Shown piece after piece: positions 9,169-19,303 of a DNA stretch of 64,000 nucleotides. This stretch comes from an uncultured Pseudobdellovibrionaceae bacterium. GTDB lineage: Bacteria; Bdellovibrionota_B; Oligoflexia; Oligoflexales; Bog-1112. A program made the translations under genes and the position numbers. The stretch is taken from positions 134,354 through 198,353 of the forward strand of contig CAZSXR010000002.1 of assembly GCA_964611335.1 (NCBI GenBank), given 5' to 3'. A model generated the notes under the pieces. That model did no database searches. It saw nothing but the letters and a program-made list of their open reading frames with translations, and was not told where the DNA came from. Position 1 is the stretch's first letter. Every line of letters begins with the position of its first letter.

Positions 9169-10425
9169 ATGGCTATCGATGTAAAGGTACCGGGTGTAGG
9201 TGAGTCCGTTCAAGAAGGAATGATCGCTTCGTGGTCAAAGAAAAACGGAGAATGGGTCACCCAAGATGAAGTTCTTTGTGAGCTAGAGACGGATAAAGCA
9301 ACCGTCGAGATCGTTGCTGAAAGTTCAGGCAAAGTTCAGATACTTGTGGAAGCTGGAAAGGTTGTAAAAGTCGGACAGCTTATTGCACGCATAGATGAAA
9401 CCGCAAAAGTAGAAAAAACAGAAAAAATTTCAGAAATAAAAAAAGAAGCTGTTGCTTCTGTTCCTAAGACAGTTCCTCCCGTCTCCGTTACGACAGAAAA
9501 ATCCTCGACGAAAAAAGAAAATGGACCTGCGGTAAGACGTATGGTTTCAGAAATGGGAGTAGATTTAAAAACTGTCGAAGCTCATGGCAAAGATGGAAGA
9601 ACTACAAAAGCAGATATTATTTCTTCTCTCTCAAAAAATCCTGAAGCAAAACAAAAAGCTCCTGAGCAAAAATTTTCTGAAGCAAAAATTTCTGAAACTA
9701 AAACTCCTACTTTATCCAATCCTCGAGCTGAAACACGCGAACCCATGTCGATGCTTCGCAGAAAAATTGCAAAGAGACTTGTCGAATCTCAGCATACAGC
9801 TGCAACGTTAACGACGTTTAACGAAGTAGATATGTCGAAAGTCATTGCTTTGCGTAACACCTACAAAGATACCTTTGAAAAACGACACGGTGTTAAACTT
9901 GGTTTTATGGGTTTTTTCTTGAAAGCCAGTGTTTGGGCTCTGCAAGAATTTCCAAGAGTCAATGCTTCCATCGAAAATGATGAAATCATCTATCACCACT
10001 ACTGTGATATTGGCGTCGCTGTTTCTACAGAAAAAGGTTTGATTGTTCCTATTTTAAAAAATGTGGAGCAGATGTCTTTGAAAGAGATTGAAGAAGCCAT
10101 TGCAAATTTCTCAATCAAAGCACGGAACAATAAAATTTCTATCGATGATATTTCCGGTGGAACTTTTACGGTTTCTAACGGTGGAATTTTCGGCTCTTTA
10201 ATGTCTACACCTATTCTGAATCCACCGCAGACAGGTATTTTGGGAATGCATAAGATTCAGCAAAGACCTGTTGTTTTGGAAGATGGACGTATCGAAGCGC
10301 GTCCTATGATGTACATAGCTTTGTCTTATGATCACAGATTGATTGATGGAAAAGAAGCTGTTCAGTTTTTAGTGAGAGTGAAAGAGAGTATTGAAGATCC
10401 GAGTCGTCTCTTGTTAGGGGTATAG
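9169..10425 (+). CDS. sucB: dihydrolipoyllysine-residue succinyltransferase (E2 of 2-oxoglutarate dehydrogenase)
   Basis: Single lipoyl domain ([11 protein letters not shown]), a subunit-binding domain and the catalytic DHRLIDG motif. Confidence 0.93.
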   Translation: MAIDVKVPGVGESVQEGMIASWSKKNGEWVTQDEVLCELETDKATVEIVAESSGKVQILVEAGKVVKVGQLIARIDETAKVEKTEKISEIKKEAVASVPKTVPPVSVTTEKSSTKKENGPAVRRMVSEMGVDLKTVEAHGKDGRTTKADIISSLSKNPEAKQKAPEQKFSEAKISETKTPTLSNPRAETREPMSMLRRKIAKRLVESQHTAATLTTFNEVDMSKVIALRNTYKDTFEKRHGVKLGFMGFFLKASVWALQEFPRVNASIENDEIIYHHYCDIGVAVSTEKGLIVPILKNVEQMSLKEIEEAIANFSIKARNNKISIDDISGGTFTVSNGGIFGSLMSTPILNPPQTGILGMHKIQQRPVVLEDGRIEARPMMYIALSYDHRLIDGKEAVQFLVRVKESIEDPSRLLLGV

Positions 10426-10426
10426 T

Positions 10427-11830
10427 ATGAGTGGAGATTCATTCGATCTTATCATTATAGGATCGGGTCCTGGGGGTTATGTCTGTGCCATCCGTGCTGC
10501 GCAATTGGGTTTAAAAACAGCCTGTGTGGAAGTTCGAGAAACACTTGGTGGTACATGTTTGAATGTGGGCTGCATTCCTAGCAAAGCTTTGTTGGAATCC
10601 ACACACCATTATCAGCAACTTCAAAAAGAATTTGCTGAGCACGGAATTATAGTCGATAAAATTTCTCTCGATTTAAAAAAGATGCAAGAACGCAAATCGG
10701 GTGTTGTGAAATCCATCACAAGCGGTGTTGAGTTTTTATTTAAGAAAAACAAGATTACTTGGCTTCAAGGTTGGGGAACTGTTCAGAGTGCAAATAAAGT
10801 TTCTGTGAAAGATAAAAGCGGAAAGAGCACTGTATACACAACACGCCATATAGTGATTGCAACGGGAAGTGAACCTATTGAGTTGCCTTTCGCAAAGTTC
10901 GATCACAAATATGTGATCGACTCTACCGATGCTCTCACTTTGGAAAGTGTCCCCAAACATCTTATCGTAGTGGGTGCAGGTGTTATTGGTTTGGAACTCG
11001 GAAGTGTATGGGGTCGGCTCGGTGCAAAAGTTACGTTTATAGAAGCCCTTCCCAATATTCTAGGCATGACAGATCTTGAAGTTTCTAGCGCTATGCAAAA
11101 GATTATGCAAAAACAGGGGATGACTTTTCATCTCAATACAAGTTTGCAGTCTGTAGAGGTCAAAGCAAACACTGTCAGTGCTGTTTGTAAAAGTCCTAAC
11201 GAAACGATTCGTTTGGAAGGTGACAAGATTCTCATGTCCATTGGGAGAAGACCTGCCAGTACGAATTTAGGTTTAGAAGCTTTAGGTGTGAAGAAAGAAA
11301 AGAACGGCTCCATTATTGTGAATGAGCGTTTTGAAAGTTCTCTCCCTTCTCTCTATGCCATTGGAGATACAGTTCGCGGACCTATGCTTGCACACAAAGC
11401 AGAAGAAGAAGGAATTGCTCTTGCAGAAATTCTTGCAGGCAAAGCGGGACATGTGAATTACGAATCGGTACCGAGTGTCATCTACACATGGCCTGAACTT
11501 GCTTCCGTGGGGATGAGTGAAGAAGAAGCGAAGAAAAAAGGTTTAGATTACAAAGTTGGAAAGTTTAATTTCCGCGCGAATGGTCGCTCCAAAGCAATGG
11601 GTAACGTCGATGGTTTTGTAAAAGTCATTGCAGATGCAAAAACGGATCGACTGTTAGGAGTCCATATTTTGGGCCCTATGGCTTCGGAAAACATCGGTGA
11701 GATTGCAGTAGCTTTCGAATATGGAGCGAGCGCTGAAGATTTAGCAAGGTCTGTGCATGCACATCCAACTCTTGCAGAAGCTGTCAAAGAAGCAGCTTTG
11801 GATGTTTCAAAACAGGCCATTCATGCTTGA
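10427..11830 (+). CDS. lpdA: dihydrolipoyl dehydrogenase (E3)
   Basis: GSGPGGY FAD-binding motif, redox-active GGTCLNVGCIPSK and C-terminal HAHPTL. Confidence 0.96.
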   Translation: MSGDSFDLIIIGSGPGGYVCAIRAAQLGLKTACVEVRETLGGTCLNVGCIPSKALLESTHHYQQLQKEFAEHGIIVDKISLDLKKMQERKSGVVKSITSGVEFLFKKNKITWLQGWGTVQSANKVSVKDKSGKSTVYTTRHIVIATGSEPIELPFAKFDHKYVIDSTDALTLESVPKHLIVVGAGVIGLELGSVWGRLGAKVTFIEALPNILGMTDLEVSSAMQKIMQKQGMTFHLNTSLQSVEVKANTVSAVCKSPNETIRLEGDKILMSIGRRPASTNLGLEALGVKKEKNGSIIVNERFESSLPSLYAIGDTVRGPMLAHKAEEEGIALAEILAGKAGHVNYESVPSVIYTWPELASVGMSEEEAKKKGLDYKVGKFNFRANGRSKAMGNVDGFVKVIADAKTDRLLGVHILGPMASENIGEIAVAFEYGASAEDLARSVHAHPTLAEAVKEAALDVSKQAIHA

Positions 11831-11843
11831 TAGGAGTTCTGAA

Positions 11844-14609
11844 ATGGGTCACGATAGATATACATTTGCCTCGGGAACCAATGCTGAGTTTATAGAAAGC
11901 CTTTACGAAGAATACCGTAAAGACCCTCAAAGTGTGGATGAATCCTGGCAGAAGTTTTTTGAAGGTTATGAATTCGGTCTTAACTCATCCAACACACCAG
12001 GAGGAGAGCGACGAGACGATGCAAAAGTCGAAGCCTATATCAACGCCTATCGACGTTTAGGTTATCTTGCTGCTCATTTAAATCCTCTCGAAAACAAACC
12101 TGAAATACCAGAGAATTTAAAAGCGGAATATCATGGTCTGTCAGAAGTCGAAGATTCTCGCAAATTTCTCCCTACAAATTTTGGTGAAGGAGAAATGACT
12201 CTTGCAGAAATCACAAGCAAATTACAGGCAACTTACTGTGGAAGTGTGGGACCAGACTTCCGCGACTCCAACGATGTAGAGGCTGTAGTCTGGCTTCAGA
12301 AAACGATGGAATCCTGCAACAACAAACCTGCTGTATCTTCCGATTCTAAAAAAAGAATACTTTACAAACTTGCAGAAGCTGAATCTTTCGAACATTTCTT
12401 ACAAACACGTTATTTAGGACAAAAACGTTTTTCCGCAGAAGGTCTGGAATCACTGATTCCGCTACTCGATACACTTATGGATGAAGCAGGAAACAACGGT
12501 GTCGAAGAGATCACCATGGGAATGGCTCATCGCGGCAGACTCAATGTTCTTTCCAATATTTTACAAAAACCCTATGAGAAAATTTTTATCGAATTCGAAG
12601 GAAGTCATTTTAATCCTTACGACATTGAAGGGGATGTAAAATACCATCTTGGTTTTACAAACGAAGTTGATTCCCTTTCTAAAAAGAAAATGCGACTTTA
12701 TGTTCCACAAAATCCAAGTCATCTAGAAGCCATCGATGCACCCCTCGAAGGATTTACACGAGCACGTCAAGAACAGATCGGTTCAAGAGAAGCTGTTCTT
12801 CCCGTCCTTTTGCATGGTGATGCTGCGTTTATAGGTCAGGGTGTAGTGGCAGAAGTCTTCAATCTTTCACAGCTAAATTATTACCAAACTGGTGGAACCA
12901 TCCATATTATCACCAACAATCAAATTGGTTTTACAACGAATCCTGAAGACGGAAAATCTTGTGTTTACAGCTCTGATCTTTCCAAAATGATTCGTACACC
13001 TGTTCTTCATGTGAATGCCGATGATCCAGAAGCTGTCATTTGGGTTACAAAAATAGCCGTCGCTTACAGAAAGAAATTTAAAAAAGATGTGGTAATCGAT
13101 CTTATTGGGTATCGTCGTTATGGGCATAACGAAACAGACGAGCCAGGATTTACACAACCACTGCTTTATCAAAAGATTGAAAAACATCCGACAGTCTTTC
13201 ATTTGTACAAAGACAAATTAGTTTCTGAAAATGTAATTACAAATGAAGAATGTGATGCCTATGTTGCATCTATTCGCAAAAAATTAGATGAAGCTTATAA
13301 AAAAGTTAAAGCAAAAGATTTTGTAAATGAGCCTCATAAAATTCCTGCTGCGTTTAAACACATATTAGCTTACAGGAAACCAGAACGCAGTGAAGTGATG
13401 GCTTCCGCTGTAACAAGAATTACAGAAGCAAAGTTGAAAAAGCTTGCTCAGAAAATTACACAAATTGAGGGTGCTTTTGTTCCCCATCCTAAAATTGCAC
13501 GTCTTATCGAACATCGCAGCAAGATGTTGGACGGAGCAGGCGCTGTCGACTGGGCCTTTGCAGAACTTCTTGCTTTCGCATCGCTTGCAGAAGAAGGGCA
13601 TCCTATCAGGTTGTCAGGTCAGGATTGCAAAAGAGGAACTTTCAGCAGCCGTCACGCGGTACTTTTCGATTACAAAACGGGTGCTGCATACGAAACACTT
13701 AAACACAAAGACTGGGCTCCTGTTGATATTATCAATAGCCCCCTGAGTGAGTTGGGTTGTCTGGGTTACGAGTTTGGTTATTCCGTAGCGACACCAAACG
13801 CGTTGGTTTTATGGGAAGCACAGTTCGGTGATTTTGTGAATGGGGCGCAGATTTTACTGGATCAGTTTTTAGTCGCATCCGAAGCGAAGTGGCAACAGAC
13901 AAGTGGACTCGTTCTCTTGTTACCACACGGCCATGAAGGGATGGGTCCCGAGCACACGAGTGCAAGGCCTGAACGTTTCTTACAAAGTTGCGGAAATTTA
14001 AATATTCAAGTTTGCAATCTTACAAGTCCTGCTCAGTTATTTCACGCACTGCGCAGACAACTTATACGTAAATTCCGCAAACCGCTGATTCTGATGACTC
14101 CCAAAAGTACTCTACGCCATCCTAAACTTATTTCTGAAACTAAAGATTTCACTAGTGCGACATTCAAAGAAATCTTAGAAGATTCCAGCGTCGTTGATGG
14201 GAAAAAAGCAGAGCGAGTTTTGTTCTGCAGCGGAAAGATGTATTACGAACTGGATGCACTTCGAGACACGCGCAAAGAATATGCGCAAGTTCCTATAGTG
14301 CGTTTGGAACAGATTTATCCGTTTCCATACGAAACGATGTCGGATCTCTTTCAAAAGAATTATCCTCTGGTGAAAGAGATTATTTGGGTTCAGGAAGAGC
14401 CTCAGAATATGGGTGCTTGGAATTTCGTACGCTCTCGTATTTCAAAAGCTTTGAAGTCTATTCAAAGCGTGATGTATGTGGGACGAAAGAGTTCAGGTTC
14501 GACGGCAGAAGGATCTTCGAAAGCACATGCTTTAGAGCAAACTCGGATCATCGAAGACGCTTTCTCATACGCGAAAACTGGAAAACCAAGTGTGGTGAAA
14601 AAAACGTGA
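11844..14609 (+). CDS. sucA: 2-oxoglutarate dehydrogenase E1 component
   Basis: 920-aa class protein with a typical N-terminus (FASGTNAEFIESLYEEYRKDP) and TPP region (GDAAF.GQGVV.E). The ATG at 11844 is preferred to the ORF-track start at 11757, which overlaps lpdA. Confidence 0.95.
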   Translation: MGHDRYTFASGTNAEFIESLYEEYRKDPQSVDESWQKFFEGYEFGLNSSNTPGGERRDDAKVEAYINAYRRLGYLAAHLNPLENKPEIPENLKAEYHGLSEVEDSRKFLPTNFGEGEMTLAEITSKLQATYCGSVGPDFRDSNDVEAVVWLQKTMESCNNKPAVSSDSKKRILYKLAEAESFEHFLQTRYLGQKRFSAEGLESLIPLLDTLMDEAGNNGVEEITMGMAHRGRLNVLSNILQKPYEKIFIEFEGSHFNPYDIEGDVKYHLGFTNEVDSLSKKKMRLYVPQNPSHLEAIDAPLEGFTRARQEQIGSREAVLPVLLHGDAAFIGQGVVAEVFNLSQLNYYQTGGTIHIITNNQIGFTTNPEDGKSCVYSSDLSKMIRTPVLHVNADDPEAVIWVTKIAVAYRKKFKKDVVIDLIGYRRYGHNETDEPGFTQPLLYQKIEKHPTVFHLYKDKLVSENVITNEECDAYVASIRKKLDEAYKKVKAKDFVNEPHKIPAAFKHILAYRKPERSEVMASAVTRITEAKLKKLAQKITQIEGAFVPHPKIARLIEHRSKMLDGAGAVDWAFAELLAFASLAEEGHPIRLSGQDCKRGTFSSRHAVLFDYKTGAAYETLKHKDWAPVDIINSPLSELGCLGYEFGYSVATPNALVLWEAQFGDFVNGAQILLDQFLVASEAKWQQTSGLVLLLPHGHEGMGPEHTSARPERFLQSCGNLNIQVCNLTSPAQLFHALRRQLIRKFRKPLILMTPKSTLRHPKLISETKDFTSATFKEILEDSSVVDGKKAERVLFCSGKMYYELDALRDTRKEYAQVPIVRLEQIYPFPYETMSDLFQKNYPLVKEIIWVQEEPQNMGAWNFVRSRISKALKSIQSVMYVGRKSSGSTAEGSSKAHALEQTRIIEDAFSYAKTGKPSVVKKT

Positions 14610-14625
14610 CGTAAAGAAGTTCATT

Positions 14626-16158
14626 TTGCTTGATATTCCTCACTACAAAAGTTTCTCAACATACGAACTAAGCTCTGAACAGGATTATGCAGTCCACCTT
14701 GCTTTGACTCGTCATGAGAATTTAAAAATTCATGCGCTTGCAGGGACCGGAAAAACTTCGACTCTGCGAGCTATTTCTGCAAATCTTGCTTCCAAGAAAA
14801 TACTCTATCTTGCTTTCAACAAAACGGTTCAGATGGAAGCAAGTTCGAGTTTTCCAAGGAACGTGAGTGCTCGCACTATACATAGCCTTGCTTACAGGTT
14901 TATGGGCATTTTCGATGGCGGGTGGCAGACAAAATTAGCTCGACGCTGGACTTTGAAAGACTACGCAAAATTTCTTGATAGGGACTTGAATTCTTCACGC
15001 ATGATGAAAGCTATTACGTGTTTAAAAGAAGCCTTGAAAGAATTTCAAAACTCCAGCGACCGTATCCCCTCTTCCAAACACATTCCTTCTGAAGAATGGC
15101 AAGGTATTCAGAGCCCTTTGGAAAAGCAATGGATTTGCAATCTTGTAGATATGCAGGCTCCTCGTCTTTGGGAAGCGATGATCGATTCGCATAATTTAGA
15201 ATGTCCAATCACTCACGATACCTACTTAAAACTTTGGCAACTTTCTAATCCTAAAATTACAGGTATAGATGTGATCATGTTGGATGAAGCACAAGATGCT
15301 AATCCTGTTATGGTCGATATATTAAAGCAGCAAAAATCCCGTCTTATTTTAGTGGGAGATACATGGCAGCAGATCTACTCTTTCAGAGGCGCTGTCAATG
15401 CAATGAAGAGCATGCATGCTCCGTTAACTAGTTTTCTCACTCAAAGTTTTCGCTTTGGTCAAGATATTGCAGATCTTGCAAACGAAGTTTTGAAATTACG
15501 TTCAGCAGAAAAGTTCTTGCGAGGTCATCCAAAAAAACTAAGCGCGTTAGGTCCCATCGATCTTGGGAAAAAACATACTGTAATTTTCAGAACCAATATT
15601 GAGTTACTGGAAGAGGCTGTAGATCTCGCAAGCAATCGCTTTCGCATTCATATAGTAGGATCTTTAGAACGTACTGCAGCATTGGTTTTAGATGTCTATG
15701 CTTTATTCTCCGGATCTAAGGTTAAAGATGCAAAATTACGCGTCTTTAAAACTTGGTCAGACTTGGAAGACAACATGGATATTATCGATGATTTGGAATT
15801 GAAAAAAAGCTTTCAATTTGTAAAACGCTATGCTTACGAAGTTCCTAAAATGATTCAGACTGTGAAAAAAGCAGACGCGATATCACCAGAAGCGAGTGAT
15901 ATCATTCTTACGACTGGCCACAAAAGCAAGGGTCAAGAGTGGGATTATGTGCGAGTATCGGAGGATTTCTATGAAGCTATTCGTAAAGGCGATGATGAGG
16001 AATGGAACCTGCTTTATGTAGCTTTCACACGAGCGATTGTGCAGCTTGAAGTTCCTCCTGTGATTTTAGAGTATCTAACTATGAAGCATAAGAAGAAGCC
16101 TACACCTGTTTATCATCTCTTAGACAAAGAAACTTTTTCTGAATTTTCAATCGACTGA
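14626..16158 (+). CDS. small superfamily-1 (UvrD/PcrA-like) DNA helicase
   Basis: Walker A AGTGKTS, Walker B MLDEAQD, motif III VGDTWQQIYSFRGA and C-terminal LLYVAFTRA. TTG start. Confidence 0.8.
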   Translation: MLDIPHYKSFSTYELSSEQDYAVHLALTRHENLKIHALAGTGKTSTLRAISANLASKKILYLAFNKTVQMEASSSFPRNVSARTIHSLAYRFMGIFDGGWQTKLARRWTLKDYAKFLDRDLNSSRMMKAITCLKEALKEFQNSSDRIPSSKHIPSEEWQGIQSPLEKQWICNLVDMQAPRLWEAMIDSHNLECPITHDTYLKLWQLSNPKITGIDVIMLDEAQDANPVMVDILKQQKSRLILVGDTWQQIYSFRGAVNAMKSMHAPLTSFLTQSFRFGQDIADLANEVLKLRSAEKFLRGHPKKLSALGPIDLGKKHTVIFRTNIELLEEAVDLASNRFRIHIVGSLERTAALVLDVYALFSGSKVKDAKLRVFKTWSDLEDNMDIIDDLELKKSFQFVKRYAYEVPKMIQTVKKADAISPEASDIILTTGHKSKGQEWDYVRVSEDFYEAIRKGDDEEWNLLYVAFTRAIVQLEVPPVILEYLTMKHKKKPTPVYHLLDKETFSEFSID

Positions 16159-17124
16159 GAAATACCGAGAAAGTTCTTTGTTTATACAGGCCCCTTCTTT
16201 TTCACTCGTCCAATTCCACGCACATCTATATTCAAATTGACAAAGTCTGCTGTCGAAAATGTTTTCGCACGAACGGTATTTTGAAAATTCACTTTCTTTT
16301 AAAATCTCATTCAAAGTCACGAGAATAGCATCGGTAGTATGCTGTTGAAAATAATGCTCGTGTGAGTTAGGAATTACAAATTCACGACCTACATAGGGTG
16401 AAGAATTTATCATTTTAGAAGTGATGAAATCACTTTCTAAGGAAATGACCGTTATATTTTTATAAGCGTCTTCTATAAGATCAGGATTTGAGTTTTTAAG
16501 ATTTTCCAACAGAAATTCAGAAATTTGAAGGCTGTTAAAAATATAAGCTCTCTTATTATTTTTCAAAGCGACATATTGGGCAACACCACCACCTAAAGAA
16601 GATCCCGTGAAGGTGATTTCGTGGTCTGGATAGATTTTTGTAAGATCTTGAAAGAGTCTATCTGCTTTGTAAAAATGGAGCGAGAACCCAAATATTTTTA
16701 AAAATGTGAGACTTAGAAGATTATTTTTTAACATAGAAACTTGGCTAAAAAATCGGGAAGGCGCAAAAACTATATTTTGAAAATTAACAACAGCCCCCAG
16801 CTCCGCTCCTTTAAAAGCAATAACAAGTTCTTTCGTGTCATTCTTCCTGAAAATAATAGCACTGAAAGAAAGAGCTCGATCATTCACAGAATGGTTGTTT
16901 TCCACATATTGCCTTTGCCATCTTACGGGGACTTCACTCTTTAGCAAAGGAGTATAGCCATCAAGGGCATACCCTTTATATCTGTAGGAAAGATCCGACA
17001 TCTGCGCATAAGGAAGAACCTCATATGCGATGTCTAAAATTGTGGGATTTTCTTTGCGTACATTTGCATAAGCAGACATTGTAAACATAAACAACGAAGA
17101 AAGTAGGAGACGAGAAATTTTCAT
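16147..17124 (-). CDS. secreted lipase-like alpha/beta hydrolase (class 3 lipase / DUF2974-like)
   Basis: Signal peptide (MKISRLLLSSLFMFTMSAYA) and nucleophile elbow FTGSSLGGGVAQYVA. Confidence 0.65.
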   Translation of the reverse strand: MKISRLLLSSLFMFTMSAYANVRKENPTILDIAYEVLPYAQMSDLSYRYKGYALDGYTPLLKSEVPVRWQRQYVENNHSVNDRALSFSAIIFRKNDTKELVIAFKGAELGAVVNFQNIVFAPSRFFSQVSMLKNNLLSLTFLKIFGFSLHFYKADRLFQDLTKIYPDHEITFTGSSLGGGVAQYVALKNNKRAYIFNSLQISEFLLENLKNSNPDLIEDAYKNITVISLESDFITSKMINSSPYVGREFVIPNSHEHYFQQHTTDAILVTLNEILKESEFSKYRSCENIFDSRLCQFEYRCAWNWTSEKEGACINKELSRYFSVD

Positions 17125-17152
17125 GAGAATCTTTCATTAACAAAAACTAAGT

Positions 17153-17947
17153 TTACTTAAGGTCTATGTAGCCCGCATCTTCTCCCGCCTTACGCAACTG
17201 ATCAAACAGTGTTTGTAATTTGAAAGGATCAGAATAGTGCTTACGATAGCGTGGATTGATCTCTACTAAATTTTTGTAAGACTGCATATCTTGAATTGCA
17301 GAGGGTCGTATATTCATCCCCTTAGGATAAAATTTGATGAGATCGCTGATGTTTGTAACAAAGAAAATTCCACCTGGGTTTACCAGTTGTCCATTTTGAA
17401 CATTTGGTCCAAAGATTGTGATGACGCCAAGACGTCTTTGTTGGCTATCCGTAATGTAAGCGGAAAGAACAAGGCCAGCTGGAAAATGCTGATCGATATA
17501 GCCCAATTCCAAAGCGGCACCCACGTACATATTGTTTGAGTTCATTCCCAAATAGGCATCCGTACTTACCATACTGGATTCTGTGAAATGCAGTCTTGCA
17601 AGATTATCTATTACATATGTTGGCATAGACTGCCCATTAGGAAGCTGATTGGTTCTTGAAATTGTAAGGAGGTGTTCATCGTTTACATAGTTCAAATTTA
17701 AAGAACCTCCGATGATAAAGCCTTTACCTGTTGCGGGTGGTGAAAGTGTTATGCTCCCATAATCTAATATTGGAAGTGTGAATGCTGTATTCAATTCTAC
17801 ATTTTGATTGAATTCTACGTCGAAACTCAAGATGTTGTTCAGAATATTATAGGAAAAAGATTTAACAACTTGCTGTTGATTGGCTCCGCAACTTGCAAGA
17901 AAGAGACCTGCAACGAGACCTATTTGGGATATTGTTTTGCGTATCAT
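17153..17947 (-). CDS. lipoprotein, unknown function
   Basis: MIRKTISQIGLVAGLFLASCG lipobox. No recognisable domain. Confidence 0.55.
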   Translation of the reverse strand: MIRKTISQIGLVAGLFLASCGANQQQVVKSFSYNILNNILSFDVEFNQNVELNTAFTLPILDYGSITLSPPATGKGFIIGGSLNLNYVNDEHLLTISRTNQLPNGQSMPTYVIDNLARLHFTESSMVSTDAYLGMNSNNMYVGAALELGYIDQHFPAGLVLSAYITDSQQRRLGVITIFGPNVQNGQLVNPGGIFFVTNISDLIKFYPKGMNIRPSAIQDMQSYKNLVEINPRYRKHYSDPFKLQTLFDQLRKAGEDAGYIDLK

Positions 17948-18113
17948 ATGTGCTCCTTGAGTGAGGGCTCCCACAAAGGGGGGCGGGCTAAGTTGTCTAG
18001 GATTCGGTATTTTTTGGAAGAACTTTAGTTAATTTTAAGTGTTTTTAACGATTGGACAAAGTGTTGACCTTTTCCCTAAAAGCAGGGATAAAAGGGCTTC
18101 TTTTCAATAAGCA

Positions 18114-19274
18114 ATGGATTCCATGAGCACTCAAAAGAAAACACTAGGTCTCTATATACACATCCCTTTTTGCAGTTTTATGTGTCACTACTGTGATTTT
18201 GCAAAAACTGCGAATTGGGATGCGACCCTTATTTCCGAATACATGGAAGGTCTAAAAAAACAGCTTGAATTTTGGTTAACTGAGTATGTCGAAAAACAAA
18301 ATTATACTATCGATACTTTGTTTTTAGGAGGAGGCACACCTGGTCTTTTAGATAGAGAATACGAAGGTCTTTTTGAAGTCTTTTCAAAATATAATATTCA
18401 ATTTCAAGAAGCGACAATCGAAGTCAATCCTGAAAACATCACCGATGAAAAATTAAAAATATGGAAATCTTTAGGTTTCAGTCGTCTTTCGATGGGTGTG
18501 CAATCCTTTCAAGAAAAAGGCTTGAAAGCACTCACCCGACAACACAGTCGCGAACAACTTTTTTCTGCATTAGAAAAAGCACAGAGTGTTTTTGACAATG
18601 TAAACTGTGATTTGATCTATGCATGGCCTGGACAGACTTTAGAAGACTGGAAAGCAGATTTAGAGATTGCAGAAAGTTTAGATCTTTCGCATCTGAGTTT
18701 GTATTGCCTCACACTCGAAGAAAAAACCCCTTTCGGTCGTGCACATTCCAGAGGTGTATTCGCATCCAAGAACGATGAGTTCCAAGAGCAGTGCTACGAG
18801 TATGCACGTAAGTTTCTTCAAAAACAAAGTTGGGAACACTATGAGTGTTCCAACTGGTCCAGAAAAGGAAAGAACTGTGTTCACAACGCAAAATACTGGC
18901 AGGACCAGTGTTTTATAGGTGTCGGAGCAGGCGCCTGTGGTTACGTTCCCGAAGGGAACATAGGTATGCGTTATGCTTATACAAGAAAGGAACGCTTGTT
19001 TACAAAGAATGAGGCTTCTTTCGAAGTGGATCCACGTGATGCTCAAGATTGGCTTACAGAATATGTTGGATGTGGACTGCGATATAAAGAGGGACTGGAT
19101 TTGGATCGGATTGCTTCGAAGACGGGATTGGAGTTTAGGGCAGAAGGGCTTGTGAAGAAGGGACTGGAAGAAGGGAAGCTTCGTTTAGAAGCTTCCCGTT
19201 TGTATTTGGATACAAACGAGTGGTTTAGAGAAACACGCTGGTGTCTTGAGCTGTTGAGGTGTTTTTACCCTTAA
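18114..19274 (+). CDS. hemW: radical SAM heme chaperone HemW / oxygen-independent coproporphyrinogen-III oxidase-like
   Basis: YIHIPFCSFMCHYCDF (CxxxCxxC) followed by LFLGGGTP. Confidence 0.9.
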   Translation: MDSMSTQKKTLGLYIHIPFCSFMCHYCDFAKTANWDATLISEYMEGLKKQLEFWLTEYVEKQNYTIDTLFLGGGTPGLLDREYEGLFEVFSKYNIQFQEATIEVNPENITDEKLKIWKSLGFSRLSMGVQSFQEKGLKALTRQHSREQLFSALEKAQSVFDNVNCDLIYAWPGQTLEDWKADLEIAESLDLSHLSLYCLTLEEKTPFGRAHSRGVFASKNDEFQEQCYEYARKFLQKQSWEHYECSNWSRKGKNCVHNAKYWQDQCFIGVGAGACGYVPEGNIGMRYAYTRKERLFTKNEASFEVDPRDAQDWLTEYVGCGLRYKEGLDLDRIASKTGLEFRAEGLVKKGLEEGKLRLEASRLYLDTNEWFRETRWCLELLRCFYP

Positions 19275-19303
19275 TTTTTTTAAATTACTTCCGACAAGGA
19301 AGC

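Noticed and set aside
11757-11843. ORF-track 5' extension of sucA, and similarly 4712-4984 for the hydrolase, 19259-19303, 50749-50784 and 867-941
   Set aside because: These extensions overlap neighbouring genes or add non-homologous residues. Internal ATGs with sensible N-termini or signal peptides are preferred.
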